Shown in pieces: positions 49,078 to 63,091 of a stretch of DNA of 64,000 nt. Position 1 is the first letter of the stretch. The number at the start of each line of letters is the position of its first letter. The position numbers and the translations under genes are program-made. The notes under the pieces are model-generated. The model was not told the DNA's origin. It ran no database searches and saw nothing but the letters and a program-made list of their open reading frames with translations. The DNA is taken from positions 25,606,001-25,670,000 of the forward strand of contig OZ024741.1 of the NCBI GenBank assembly GCA_964016885.1. The letters are read 5' to 3'. This DNA comes from Eledone cirrhosa. Its lineage: Eukaryota.

Positions 49078-49191
49078 ACAAAACATTCTGGATGCCAAGA
49101 TTGGTCATTTGAGTTGACAATCTGGTCTTTTAGCTGGAATCCTTCTCCACATCTGGCACACGCACCATTGGCTAACATAGACATGGCTCCA
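49078..49191 (-). CDS. LIMS1: PINCH/LIMS coding exon (LIM1 start): GAMSMLANGACARCGEGFQLKDQIVNSNDQSWHPECF(V)
   Basis: tttttcAG acceptor at 49192-49194 and GTATGT donor; 114 nt, phase 2/2; equivalent to vertebrate MANALA..C.RC..GF....IVNSN...H..CFV; internal ATG at 49184. Confidence 0.95.
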
Positions 49192-52100
49192 CTGAAAAAT
49201 ATAGGAAAACAGAAGACAAAAGGTCAGATCGACAGTTTTAACCATTTTGTTACATTTCTAATGAAAAATACTTTTTTGTGATTTTCAAATAATTTTGAAA
49301 ATCAAGAATTTGGATGGAGTTAGTAATAATTGTTTCTACTTTTGGCACAAGGCCAACAATTACCCAGTGTATTACTGGTATTTTATTTTATTGACTCCGT
49401 AAGGGTGAAAAGCAGAGTTAACATCGGTGGGATTTGAACTCAGACCATAAAGGGACGTAACTATGCTAGAAAGCATGGCGTCCGACCCTCTACCGATACT
49501 GCCAAATAATGGTTTCTGATTTGGGCACAAGGCCAGCAAATTTTGGAGGGAGGGGAAAGTCGATTAAATCAACCTCAATATGTAACTGGTACTTTATTTT
49601 ATCGACCCCATAAGGATGGAAGACAAAGCTAACCTTGGTGGGATTTGAACTCAAAACGTAAAGGGCCGTAACTCCATGCTGCAAAAGGGTGTTGTCCAAC
49701 ACTCTAGCGACTCTACCAATCCATCAGTAATAATATAACATTCTCATTACCAAGCTGGTGTTTGGAGCATAACTTAAAGGTTCATCATCATTTAACATCT
49801 ATTTTCCATGCTAGCATGGGTTAGACAGGTCATCCACATTATGATACAAGCCTGGCCAGATAGCCGTGCCATACCTTACCGTTCCTAACACCAACCACAT
49901 TTACAGTGTAGAACTGGGTGGCACCATTATGAGACAGTTCTGACCAGTTAGCCATGACGTACCTGGCTCATAATGGGACTACATTTAGGCTGAGGTTTTA
50001 TGGTTGTTGGATATCTTTTCCAATACCAACCACGTTCATCATCACCATTTAACGTCCATTTTTCCATGCTAGCATGGGGTGATATTCTCGTATAAAATTA
50101 TGATTGAAGGTTTTTTTTAGATAATAAATTAATTCATATAGATGAACCAGGGTTAGTTTCATGTGGTTTGGTATCAAAGAAGTTAAGTAAATTGATAGAT
50201 GTGGAATGGTATATATCTATAGTTTTCAACAATATAAAAGTGGTGTCGGTGTTAAATGAGATGATTGATTAAGCTTTCCAACCTAAAACAACCTGCCCAT
50301 CAAATGAGTTTCCACAGTTTCTGTCTGCCCCCAATTTCACTCACAAGGCTTGGGTTTATCCAAGGGTATGGCAAAAAAACCCTCCCAATGTACAGCGATA
50401 TGGGATCAAACCCAAACATTGTGATTAGGAAGCAAACTTCATGACCACATAGCCATCTCTGCATCTATATTTGTCTGGGTTGGAAGGGTCTTTTCTAGCA
50501 CAATACCTGTCATGTTTCTTTGTCATTTCCTTTATGAGGTTCAGTGTTCTGAGATCATCTCTCCCAATCTTCACCCTGGTTTCCCTCAGTCTTCCTCTTC
50601 TGCTGTTTCCTTCCACATGGAACTGTGGACTCTTATTTACTCAACAAACACCATCCATGTCTACTACATGTCTATCTCAATCTTCTCCCTTGCACACTAC
50701 ATCTGATTTTTTTATACCCAGCTTTCTTTTCTTTCATCTCACTTGTTGCTTTGTCGTTCATACATTAACAATTGAATCATTTGACAAGATCCCAGATCTC
50801 AGTTACCAAGTGGAGGTAGAACTCATCAACTCAAACCAAGGAAACAATGTTTCTCTTGGTCTTTCCATTGCTGATACTATCTACTAGTCACAACTCCTGG
50901 CAGAAGGAGCAATATGAAATAAAGTGTCTTGCTCAAGGACATAACATGTCGCCCTATCTGGGAATCAACTCGCAAACTTACAATTGTGAATCCAATTCTC
51001 TTACCACTAAGCCACATGCCTTCACTCATGCATTAACATTTAGAGCTAAACAAGACTAGCCAATGAGGAAGTCTGTAAGTGGTCACTCGATTTGCTAGAA
51101 ATAGCAACTAAATCTACTTGAAATTACACCGTACTACAACAACAAGCAGAAACCTAGAAAGCGACATTATATCTTTAAGAAAAAGTAAAATATGTATAAT
51201 TAATCACAAGTGGAATGTTTTTGACAATTGGTCCGGTTTGTATCTGTGCTGACCTGAAAATAAAACAACAATAACATCCACAGTACCTCAAACTATACTA
51301 AACAGGTCAATTTAACAGCAAAAAATTTAAGGTGTGTTTGTAATTTAGAAAACAGGACATAATTATCATATATCATATCGTTTTCCTTTCTTCTTTTGCC
51401 CCAAACCCCCATATCCATCCCAACCACACAACCATCTGCCTTCTCACCAATTGGTTAAAATAGTCTGCTTTGCAATAGGCAGGGTTTGTAGAGGTAATTA
51501 ATTTGTCAAGCATCACAAAGTTAACCCACATATTTTATGGGAGTTAACTACATTGATGATTACAATAAAAACATTATACATCATTCATATATATAAATAC
51601 ACACGTTTATATATATATACATACATGTTTATACAGACGTTGGTGGTCTACATTATATGAAATGCTTTGTTAATATAACTTGCCTTACTTTTAAAACAAA
51701 GATATAAATGCAAATATAGAAATGTAGATATGTTAAGAGATGTCAACATGAATGGATCTGTTATTTTTATCTAAAGACATTTTTTCCAATTCTCACCCGC
51801 CCGTCCCCCAATCTATCTTCTGATGAAGGACTAGCGTCCGAAACATTAAGACCCTCTTCCTGCTATATCAAGAGTTAACCTAATATATTCCTTCCATATA
51901 CTGTACCGATTGTGTTGTTATTTCTGTTTACCTTTTATACACACACATACACACATATATATATATATACATTTATATATACACGCACACAAATTTATGA
52001 GTAGACTTTTACAAGATCATGGACACACATCATTAATTACTCTGCTCTCTCTTTCTCCCTATATCATCATCATCACTATCGATCAACTTCTATCTTCGAT

Positions 52101-53180
52101 GCTACCATGGGTTAGATGGATTTGTCCCAATTAGAGGCAAGTTGGGTCGGGTGACCATGTCTCACTCATATAGGAGAGTTTCTGACTGGTTTTCTATGAC
52201 TGGATGCCCTTCCTAACGCTAACCACATAATGTGTGCTGGGTGCTTTTTGCCGTGACTTTTACACGTCCACTTTACAGTGCGGGCTGGGTGTTTTGGGGC
52301 CGCTTTTCTACGGCTGGATGCCCTTCCTAATACCAACCACATTTAGAGTGTGTGCTGGGTACTTTTGTCGTGACACCTACACAATATATATATATATATA
52401 ATTAGAGTGTGGTGTTAACAAAACAGGGATGTGCAGCTGTCTGAAGAGCTCAGGCGATCTTAACTGATAGTCCTCAGTGAAATATGTATAACAGAGTTTT
52501 AAATAAACCTAAATCAACTGAATATGGCCTTTGATCTTTTATTAATATATACACATATTTATATATGAAGCATTAAGTTTTTGGGTTGTTGTAGAAGAGG
52601 ATCATAAACACGACAAATACCTATAATTCTGATTAGATATATAATTTTACTTCACTTCAGCAAAAAGGAAAAAAGAATATGATTACTTTGAATCATAAAA
52701 ATATAGTATTCACAAATGAATATTCTGTTCAAAAAGGTTTCTGTGATGCTCCCTTAAAAAGTGAAAAGTTGTATTCAGACAGAACATATCAGCATAGGTA
52801 GTAGTAAGCTCGCAGTGGCAAGGAAGTTGTATTGTCTAAGAGTAGGGACAGGTGACTGATTGTGGTTGAAGTGCCAATAGAAGAATGCTATTGGACCCTT
52901 GTCGAGAGGGCCAAAGTCTTTTTTGATAAGTGCTACATCTCGCTACTTGTTTGAGCAACTCAAAGTGATCCTACTCTTCCGGGGAACCAGATTTGAATGA
53001 TCCAAAGAAAACCTCATCTCTTTTAACCTCAAGTTGGCCAGTCTCTCCAGACCATTTACACCAACCCAAGGTAAAGAGAAATAGCAACCAGCCGTCATAG
53101 CTCAGTATGTGCGAAGAGATTTCGCTACATATATATGTAAGTATGCATGTATATATATATATGCATTCATATATATATAT

Positions 53181-56100
53181 CGACCCTTCCCTACGAGTGT
53201 CGACAAATGCCCAAAACTCCGAGTTGGTACCATCAATGTAAGCACAATGAAAGGAAGAGCAGGAGAAATCGTAGAAATGCTAGAGCGAAAGGAAATTGAT
53301 GTATGCTGTGTGCAAGAGACTAGATGGAGAGGAGAGTCTGCTAGAGGCTTTGTAGGAAAAAGTCAGTGCTACAAATTTTTCTGGGTGGGAAATGACGATG
53401 GGATGGGTGGTGTAGGTATACTACTAGCTGACAAGTGGGTAGATAAAGTAATTTCAGTGTACAGGGTAAATGCAAGAATCATTAAACTCAGACTAGTCCT
53501 GAATAAAACAATTACCACAATAATATCAGCTTACGCACCCCAATCGGGGTTGCCAGATGAACTTAAGGATAGATTTTATGAGTCCCTAATGCACACTACT
53601 GCTCTAACAAACAACAATGACTTCCTAATCATCGCAGGAGATTTTAACGGACATGTAGGTAAACACCGTGACGGCTTCAATAGAGATCATGGAGGCCACG
53701 GGGTTGGCACAAGAAATGAAGAAGGATTCAAACTTCTAGAATTCTGCGACGCCAATGACATGTCGATATGTAACACAAACTTCACAAAACCCGACAACCA
53801 CCTGATCACCTATAGATCAGGGGAGCATTCTAGTCAGATAGATTTTATCCTCATCAGAGGACGTGACAAATGGACGGTCGTAAACACAAAAGCCTTCCCT
53901 AGTGAGGAATGTACATCCCAACATAGCTTAGTTGTCAGCGACCTCACCGTCAGAACTAGACGAACCTGGAAACAGAGGCCAACCTGGAGAAGATAGATCT
54001 GGAAGCTGAAAGACCCCTCAGCCAGTAACAGATTTAAAGATATTTTACTCAACGCCTACGACAGTAAAGAAGAACCGATAGAGACATTCGATGTAGAAGA
54101 GCACTGGGAGTTCCTAAAAAATAACTTACTAGAGGCGACGGATGAGGTCTGTGGCTGGAGTAAGACCACAAGCAGGAGGAGAGTGACTTGGTGGTGGAAC
54201 AATAAGGTAGATGAGGCAGTTAAGGCCAAGAGACAGGCATGGAAAGAATGGAAGGGGGGGGGGGAGCAGGGTACATTACATAGAGACCAAGAAGGAAGCT
54301 AGGCGACAAGTATACTTAGCTAGGAGGGAAGCAGAGGATAGAAAATTCAAGCATGTTTTGCAACGTGAGGACCAGAAACAGGAGGTGTTCAAGATTGCGA
54401 GGCAGTGTGTCAGAGAGAATTGTGATGTCATTGGAGAGAAGTGTATCCGGAATGATAAAGGTGAGCTTGCCCTCACAAGTGCTGAGAAGAAAGATGCATG
54501 GAAGAGCCATTATGATAGATTACTAAATGAGGAGAATGCATGGGAAGAAGAGACCCTACCCCAAGTAGACCCTATAGAGGGGCCAGCAGTACAAGTCAGC
54601 AGCAGCGTAGTAAGTAAGGCAATCAAAGATATGAAGATGGGGAAGGCAACCGGTCCATCGGGTATAGCTGCCGAGATACTGAAGGCATCTGGGTCTGTAG
54701 GTCACACTATAACCACACGTATTGTTAACCAGGTAATACTAGAAGGTGTCATACCAAAAGATTGGTGCAGTAGCATCATTGTCAACTGCTACAAAGGTAA
54801 AGGTGATGCACTTGATAGAGGAAACTATAGAGGTATAAAACTAATGGACCAGGTCATGAAAGTAACAGAAAGAGTTATAGCACAGTTGATTAGGGACCGG
54901 GTGAAACTAGATGAGATGCAATTTGGGTTTGTACCAGGAAGAGGCACCACTGATGCCCTCTTCCTTGTGAGGCAGTTACAGAAAAAGTACCTAGCTAAAA
55001 GTAAGCCACTCTACCTGGCATTCGTCGATCTCGAGAAAGCCTTTGACAGAGTTCCATGTGCTGTAATCTGGTGGGCTCTTAGAAAACTAGGAGTAGATGA
55101 ATGGCTTGTGAAAGCTGTACAAGCCATGTATAGGGGAGCAGTCAGCAAAGTTAGGATTAGCAATGAGTATAGCGAGGAATTTAGCGTACAGGTTGGTGTC
55201 CACCAGGGCTCTGTTCTTAGCCCCTCTCCTGTTCATCATAGTCCTGCAGGCAATAACGGAGGAGTTTAAGACCAGATGCCCATGGGAACTCCTGTATGCT
55301 GATGACCTCGCACTTATAGCTGAATCTATGGTAGAACTAGAGAAGAAATTCCAAACTTGGAAGCAGGGACTAGAAAGAAAGGGTCTCAAAGTCAACATGA
55401 TAAAGACTAAGGTCCTTGTAAGTAGACGAGAAAACAGAACCCAGATCCCCTCAGGGAAATGGCCTTGCTCAGTATGTAGGAAAGGTGTAGGTAAGAACTC
55501 CATTCTCTGCCCCAAATGCAAACAATGGGTGCACAAGAGATGTAGCGGGATCTCAGGAAGCTTAATTAAGAATGTAGGCTTCACATGCAGCAGCTGTGCT
55601 GGGACAGCAAGCAGCAAACAGCCACAGAAAACAAGTACCACCAATCTCTGGGAGGGCTCTGTAGAAACAGTAGACAGCTTCTGCTACCTAGGTGACCGAA
55701 TTAGCAGCGGAGGTGGGTATTCAGAAAGTACAATAACTAGGGTAAGAACGGGATGGAAGAAGTTTAGGGAACTACTGCCACTGCTAGCTGCAAAAGGCTT
55801 CTCCCTCAAAATGAAAGGCAGACTGTATGATGCGTGTATCCGAACAGCAATGTTACATGGTAGTGAGACCTGGGCGCTGAAGGTGGAAGACTTACGTAGA
55901 TTAGAAAGAAACGAAGCCTGCATGCTCCGATGGATGTGTAATAGTAATATACGCGAACGACAAAGCATAAGAGGAATCAAATGCTGTGTGCAGGAGAGGC
56001 GGTTGCGTTGGTATGGACATGTGATGCGTATGAAGGATGACAGCTGCATAAAAAGGTGCAGAGCACTAGAAGTTAATGGAAACTGCGGAGTGGGGAGACC

Positions 56101-56540
56101 AAAGAAGACCTGGGATGAGGTGATAAAAGCCGGCCTTACCCAATTACACCTCTCAAAGGCGATGACACACGACCGTGACCTCTGGCGTCGCACAGTAATA
56201 CAGAGTACCCGACCTCCCATGGGTACAAGCTGAAGCATATAGACAATATACCCCCACACCCTTCCCACTGCAAAGTGGTCGTGGAGGTGTCACGGCAAAA
56301 AAAGCACCCAGCCCACACTGTAAAGTGGACGTGTAGGCACCACGGAAAAAGCACCTAGCACTCACTGTAAATGAGATTGGTGTTGGGAAGGGCATCCAGC
56401 TGTAGAAATTAAGCCAGAGTCAGTTCCCATATGAGCAAGACAAGGTCAGCCGACCGGACACTGCCCACAACAGGACAACCCGTCTAACCCATGCTAGCAT
56501 GGAAGAACGGACGTAAAACGGTGATGATGATGATGATGAT
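53181..56540 (+). mobile_element. Decayed, nearly full-length RTE LINE (sister subfamily of 15795-19748)
   Basis: APE (53181-53996), RT and PHD finger (55466-55597) split over three ORFs by a TAG at 53994 and frameshifts near 54260 and 55225; (GAT)n tail. Confidence 0.95.
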
Positions 56541-56649
56541 GAATCATCAGCGTTTTTATGTCTGTTTTTCTACGCATGCATGGGTTGGATGGGCCCTTTT
56601 CATCATAGCATTTCTCCACTCGCTGCGTTTCAGCGAATTGAGGTCAGCT

Positions 56650-57550
56650 ATCACCAGAGTGTTTCTCTGACAAACCATCAGTTTGGCAATGCAGCTAGTA
56701 AGACTGACTGGATGATAGTTGACAGGTGATGTGCAATCACCCTTTTTGAATTGGAAGCAGGTGCATACACCATCAAGACCAGGAGAGGTATAGTTGTGCT
56801 CATTCTTGAGGTGGCATTGCAGCATTGCAAGTGTAAATTCCATAGTTGCTATAGAATTTGATGTCAGAGGTGGTGGGGATGATACATTTTGATTTTTAAC
56901 AGTATAAACGCCTGCCTAGCATTCAGCAATAAGTTCTGCACATTCTTTGGTATCGTCAGTATCGGCTTGTGTGGGGATTGTGAAGAGGACCAACTGGAGA
57001 GTTAGGTCTCTGCTTTGAATGTTCATATTCCCAGAACACTTTGGCGTCAGGGCTGGTTGCTATACGCTGTTCAAATTCAAGCACTGTCTTTTTTGTCACC
57101 TGCTTGAAATAGTTAGATGATCTATTGTGCATTTTTCTATTAGCCTTTGATCTATGAAGTCTGTATTCCCATTCAGTATCACAACGTTCTTTCCTGGCAA
57201 GTCAGACTGCTGCAGTCTCCCAAATTGTACTTTTGGGATGTTTTTTGTGCTTACATGGTACTGATGCTGCACATGCCGTCCATATTGAATTCAGAATGTT
57301 CTGAAGTATAGTATTCATATCTCTAGAGAAGTAGAATTCAAGCCAGTTTGGGCGATGTAGCTCAGTACAGTAAGAGTTCCAGTCTGCCTTATTCCAGGCA
57401 AAGCGAGCAGTTTGGAAATGGTTGTAGTTTTTGTTACTGCCAATGAGGGACAGATTGGCAATGATCATAGCATGATGAGAGTCACCTAAAGGTTCCTCAG
57501 TAGTGACACTAATAACTGTTTCAGGAGTAGTGGTAAAGAGCAGGGGGGAG
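56650..57550 (-). mobile_element. Degraded fragment of the same CR1/L2-group LINE family as 1-1763
   Basis: 56650-57060 is the reverse complement of positions ~1-520 with deletions; upstream part gives EEPLGDSHHAMI (end of APE). Confidence 0.8.
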
Positions 57551-58554
57551 GTGATTACTTGGGATGTATGTATATGTACGTGTGTATATATGTATGCATG
57601 TGTGCATATGTATATATGTGTGTGTAAGTGTGTATGTATGTAGGTAGAGCCCATCTCTTCTCCAGGTCTGAACACAGCAGAATAGAGAGAGAGGGGAGGG
57701 GATATATCCCAGTACTTCACTGGTACTTTATATCGACCTCGAACGGATGAAAAGCAAAGTTGACCTCTGTGAGATTAGAACCCAGAGAGCAGAGAACCGG
57801 AACGAATACCACAAAGCATACTACCTGACGATCAAACAACTCTGACAATTCACCGCCTGAACAATCATTAATCATCTAGGATATCAAAGAAATGAACCAT
57901 AGAGACCAATGTTTCATCACACACACATACAGTGACTCACACACACACACACAGTTACACAAAAAGGTTTATTACAGAGAGATCAATACCTCCATCAATA
58001 TGCTCAAGACTAACAACAATATCAGTAACAGCAACATTGCCAAACACTACCACCAATACCATCAACATCACCACCAACATTAACATTGTCAACACCACCA
58101 TCAACAACATCACCACCAACAACACTAACATTTGTCAACACCACCACAAACACTAGCATCGTCAACCCCACCACCAACACCACCACTACCAACGGTGTTA
58201 TTACAACGGTTATTCATCATATACTAACTGGGAGGTGGGGTGGAGAGAGAGAGGGGGGGGGTAGTCATCCTCTCCATCCCATTGAGGTTGAGTCAGAAAA
58301 AAAAACGGGCGAGGAGCTAAAAAATAACTTACATATTATAAGAGTGATAAAGAGAGATATATAGAGATAGTTAATGAGATTGATTATATATATATATGAG
58401 AGAGAGAGAGTAAGACATGTAAATTATTTCTACTTTTGGCACAAGGCCAGCAATTACTCCAGTGTATTATTGGCCACTAGAGTTAAACATGTACAGTGTT
58501 TGTTAAAGTAAACTGTTTCTTTTGGCGGTCTTATAAGCTTTATTGAAGCAACAG

Positions 58555-58622
<68 letters not shown>

Positions 58623-58847
58623 TCCTTCTCTCTCACACATATCTAAATAATCTCTCTCTCTCTTATCTCACACATGCACAGCTGTTAGACTGAGAGGTAA
58701 GAAAACAAAGAACTATTTACATACATAAATATACACAGGTAAATTGCATGAATGTATACACGCACAGATGTATATATGTGTGTGTGAGAGTATGTAATAT
58801 ATATTGTGTGTGTAGAACAATGAAAACAAAAAGTCAGAGATAGGTAA

Positions 58848-58898
<51 letters not shown>

Positions 58899-59586
58899 TA
58901 TATGCGTCTGTATATGTAGAGAGAGAGGGAGAGAGAATAGAACACCCCGTCACAATAGAAAACTCGATAGATCGAAACCAATCACACGTTGTATATAATC
59001 AAACACAGGTTTGTCTGTGTGCCCATTTTGTGTTATTTACTGCTTGTGTTATACACTTGCCATCACCACCAACGAACATATAAACACATATATACATATG
59101 TAGACACACATATATATATACATATGAACACACATATATACACACATGAATATTCACAAATAGACACATGAATATTTACATATAGACACATATATACACA
59201 GACACATGAATGAATGTATATATATATATATATACACATATACATACACTTGACCATCACACTAGCAGCAACACGACCAACAACAGTTCTATGAAGAAAA
59301 CGAGGATAGTATTGATGTTGGTGTGAGGTGAGCCTCAGCTTTGTTTAATTAATTTGAAATTAATTTTATTTAGTTATCTGTTATACATAAACATATTATA
59401 TCAACTATATTTTACAGACAGAAGTTATACAATGATGGAAATGTTTTGTTATGTGTTATAAACATTATATCAACTATATTTTACAGACAAGATATACAAT
59501 GATGACACCCAAATCTTTTTTTCATAGGTCTTTTTACGTGTGTATATATGTGTTTTCTAGGGTTAAAATCAATATTTAGTACCCAC

Positions 59587-59702
59587 CCTTTTTTCTGACT
59601 GTCCGGGCCTTGAGCAGCCACATTCTCATTGTGTAATCTCCTCCTTTGGAACAAGGGACTGTCCGTGGCCGACCCCAGCGGCTGGAGAACGAACTTCGAC
59701 AT
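59587..59702 (-). CDS. LIMS1: Putative first coding exon of a long PINCH isoform: MSKFVLQPLGSATDSPLFQRRRLHNENVAAQGPDSQKK(G)
   Basis: Non-repetitive GC-richer island; ATG at 59702; GG|GTGGGT donor in phase 2, which joins exon 49078-49191 in frame (GG+T=Gly). Confidence 0.65.
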
Positions 59703-60128
59703 AATATCTGCTGGGGTTGACGAACTGAATCAAATCAAACCGATGCTCCTCCTCCTCACCCTTCTCTGCTTCACTAATTAAGGCCAACCAAGTGTGTGTG
59801 TGTGTGTATGAGTGGGAGAGGACGAAAGAGAGAGAGAGTATGTGAGAGACAGATAGAGGGGGAGACAGTGTGTGTGCGAGAGAGAGAATGTATGTATATA
59901 GCTAGCTGTACTGATCAGTATAATCTGATAAAGTTCTTGCTTTTGTTTTTTGACTGGTTGATAGAGATCAGGCAGTCTCCTTTTAACTACCTGGTTGTCT
60001 AATTCAGATCTGCCTTTTACTGCCTCTCTAATAGCCTGCTATATATTCAATATAGTAATGTTAGTCTCTCTCTTCTTACATAGTTATCTGAGCAGCCAGT
60101 GCCAGTTTCTATTAAGGTAATTTAGACA

Positions 60129-60199
<71 letters not shown>

Positions 60200-60849
60200 A
60201 TTAAAATGTTGAGTTAAAAACTCACAATATTCCCTTATAATGGAATAAGCTAAAAGAAGAAATTCCGAGCTCTTTATAACATAGTATATATATATATATA
60301 TATGTGTGTTTTCAAATAAGTATTTATTTTTACTGTTTTATATATATATATAAATTTGAATAAGCAACTACCTACGATCGCGAATACAAGCCGACGAAAT
60401 AGGGTTCCCCGGAAGGGTCTTTAAAATAACGTTACTCAATAGAGTGTGTAGCTGGGAGATCAAAGAGTCACTCCAGGTAGAGTCGCTACTTCTCCGAATT
60501 GAGAGATCACAGCTCTGATACTATGGCCAAGTGGTTAGAATGTCTCAGGAAAGAATCAGTGGACAGATTTTACAAGCAAAACCAACCGATAGGAGACCTA
60601 GGGGGCAGACCCCCGAGCAAGATGGTTGAATAACATCTATGAGCTTGGCTTGTCATGCTTGGAGATCCAGTGGGATCAGTTGCTTCTGACAAGACCTGCT
60701 GGAAGGAGTGTTTGAGGACTCTTCCCCCACAACCTTTTCAAGAAGAACTACTATCCACGTGGTTACTCTACCAGCAAGAAATAGCAGCGAAACCTCCTAC
60801 CACCTTCAATGAGGAAACGATACATTAGATAATGTAATCCTAAATAACT

Positions 60850-61155
60850 GGATCTCCGTCGGTTACGAGTGACCCACTTGATCCGATCAACGGAACAGCC
60901 TTCGCGTGAAATTAATGTGCAAGTGGCTGAGCATTCCACAGATACACGTACCCTTGTCGTAGTTCTCAGGGAGATTCAGCGTAACACAATGCCACAAAGC
61001 TGGCCCTTCAATTACAAGTGCAACTCATTTTTGTCAGTTGAGTGGACTGGAACAACGTAAAATAAAGTGTCTTGCACAACACGCAGCCGGGAATCGAACT
61101 CACGACTTTACGATTGTGAGCCGAATACCCTAACCACAAAACCACGCGCCTTCAC
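60850..61155 (-). mobile_element. CORE-type SINE (other-tail subfamily); similar degraded copies at ~23050-23300, ~25410-25630, ~48275-48575 and ~50880-51025
   Basis: tRNA-like head plus CORE-like block on the minus strand. Confidence 0.7.
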
Positions 61156-61382
61156 AATCCTAGATAGCCCTAAAAGAACAACAGATGGAATGGTCACGAC
61201 TGGAATGTCTCTGAGGTTAGGACTGCAAAAGCAATACTGATCAAAGGTTAAACATCAACCATTACATTAACTTATTTGTGTATCTTCAGTTAAAGAACGT
61301 GAAAACTAGCAGCCACAGTCAGTTTTATCCTGAAATTCTTGAGATTTTAAGGACATATCTGTCTATCTCACTGACCGAGGAA

Positions 61383-61425
<43 letters not shown>

Positions 61426-62064
61426 TGTGTGTGTGTGTGCGCGTGTGTGCGTGCGTCTGTGTCTACACACACATACATACAAACATACGTACAAGCCTGC
61501 CTAAGGGTGTGAACCTTTTTAGAGTCTGTCTATCGGTATATCTATCAAGTCAAGCACATCTTCTGGGATTCAGCACTGAACAGGTTAGCTTCTGGATTTA
61601 TCAGTAGAAAACTTATATAAATATATATATATGAAAGAGAAAGAGGTGTGTGTGTATATACAGGTGTGTGCATGCATGTATATATATATATATCGGTGTG
61701 TGCGCGCGTATATATGTGTGTGTGTGTGTGCGTGCGTGCAAGTATATATATATATATATATAATTACTTTCAGCTGAATGTACAAAGTAATTTTCTTTCC
61801 TTCTTCAACAACACATATTCAGGGTGTTACTCCCATCGCTTGTATGTGTCTATTAAGTGTGAGAGTTTATGCCAGCCTTTTATCCGCCTAATTAGTGACA
61901 TGAGATAACACCAACACCTCCACCATCACATTATATAACACCAACCCCACCACAACCAGTGCCAACACCATCATCATTATATACATACCACCACCATCAT
62001 ATGCTTGGCATATATATATATATATCACTAACACCATTATATACAGATTGCGGCAACACCACCC

Positions 62065-62145
<81 letters not shown>

Positions 62146-62146
62146 C

Positions 62147-62197
<51 letters not shown>

Positions 62198-62200
62198 TAC

Positions 62201-62242
<42 letters not shown>

Positions 62243-62251
<9 letters not shown>

Positions 62252-62631
62252 TAAACAAATAATGAATAAACAATTCCTTATATTAAACAAAAAAAGTTCA
62301 TTATTTAACGATCGTTTCTAGGGTATATATGTGTTATAATTGGTATGCATATTCAACAGATCTATGTACAAAATTATACAAAATTATACAAATTATCAAG
62401 ATTAAATATACATACCAAACACATATATACGCCGTCTTACGGCGTATATATGTGTTTGGTATGTATATTTAATCTTGATAATTTGTATAATTTTGTATAA
62501 TTTTGTACATAGATCTGTTGAATATGCATACCAATTATAACACATATATACCCTAGAAACGATCGTTAAATAATGAACTTTTTTTGTTTAATATAAGGAA
62601 TTGTTTATTCATTATTTGTTTAATATTTTAT
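62243..62631. repeat. Perfect 193-bp-arm palindrome with a 3-nt loop (CTT)
   Basis: 62243-62435 is the exact reverse complement of 62439-62631; centre TACGCCGT-CTT-ACGGCGTA. Confidence 0.97.
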
Positions 62632-62768
62632 CTTGACTCTGTATACCGTTTATCTTTCACCGAAAGTGGTTTTTCATTACATCTCTTCTTTCCATGATAT
62701 CCGGAATACATTGAGTTCTTCATACGGATTGGACACTACCGTAAACTCTTGGTAGATTTATCTATATA

Positions 62769-62908
<140 letters not shown>

Positions 62909-63045
62909 GTATACTAGGGAGAGGATCAGGGGTGTATAACACTCCACTTATCCAGCAGGCAGTATAAGGTTAGCTCAATGTCTGAGGACAGAGCCGTGAT
63001 ATAATAAATAACAAAGAACGCCTATAGCATATGCATATCTTTACT

Positions 63046-63091
63046 TGCTAACATTGTTTCATCCACACTATAAGTGGGTCTCATCAGAGCA
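63046..63091 (-). ncRNA. Degenerate type I hammerhead-like motif (Penelope/retrozyme remnant)
   Basis: Minus strand TGCT-CTGATGA-GACCCACTTATAGTGTGGAT-GAAA-CAATG-TT-AGCA: stem I and core intact, stem II imperfect. Confidence 0.55.

Noticed and set aside
57892-58364. Thr/Asn/His-rich mucin-like ORFs
   Set aside because: Degenerate (CAC/CAA)n trinucleotide repeat on the strand opposite the host gene.
62632-62760. Hammerhead or coding signal in the palindrome's extension
   Set aside because: No complete CTGANGA...GAAA core with supporting stems on either strand, and no credible ORF.
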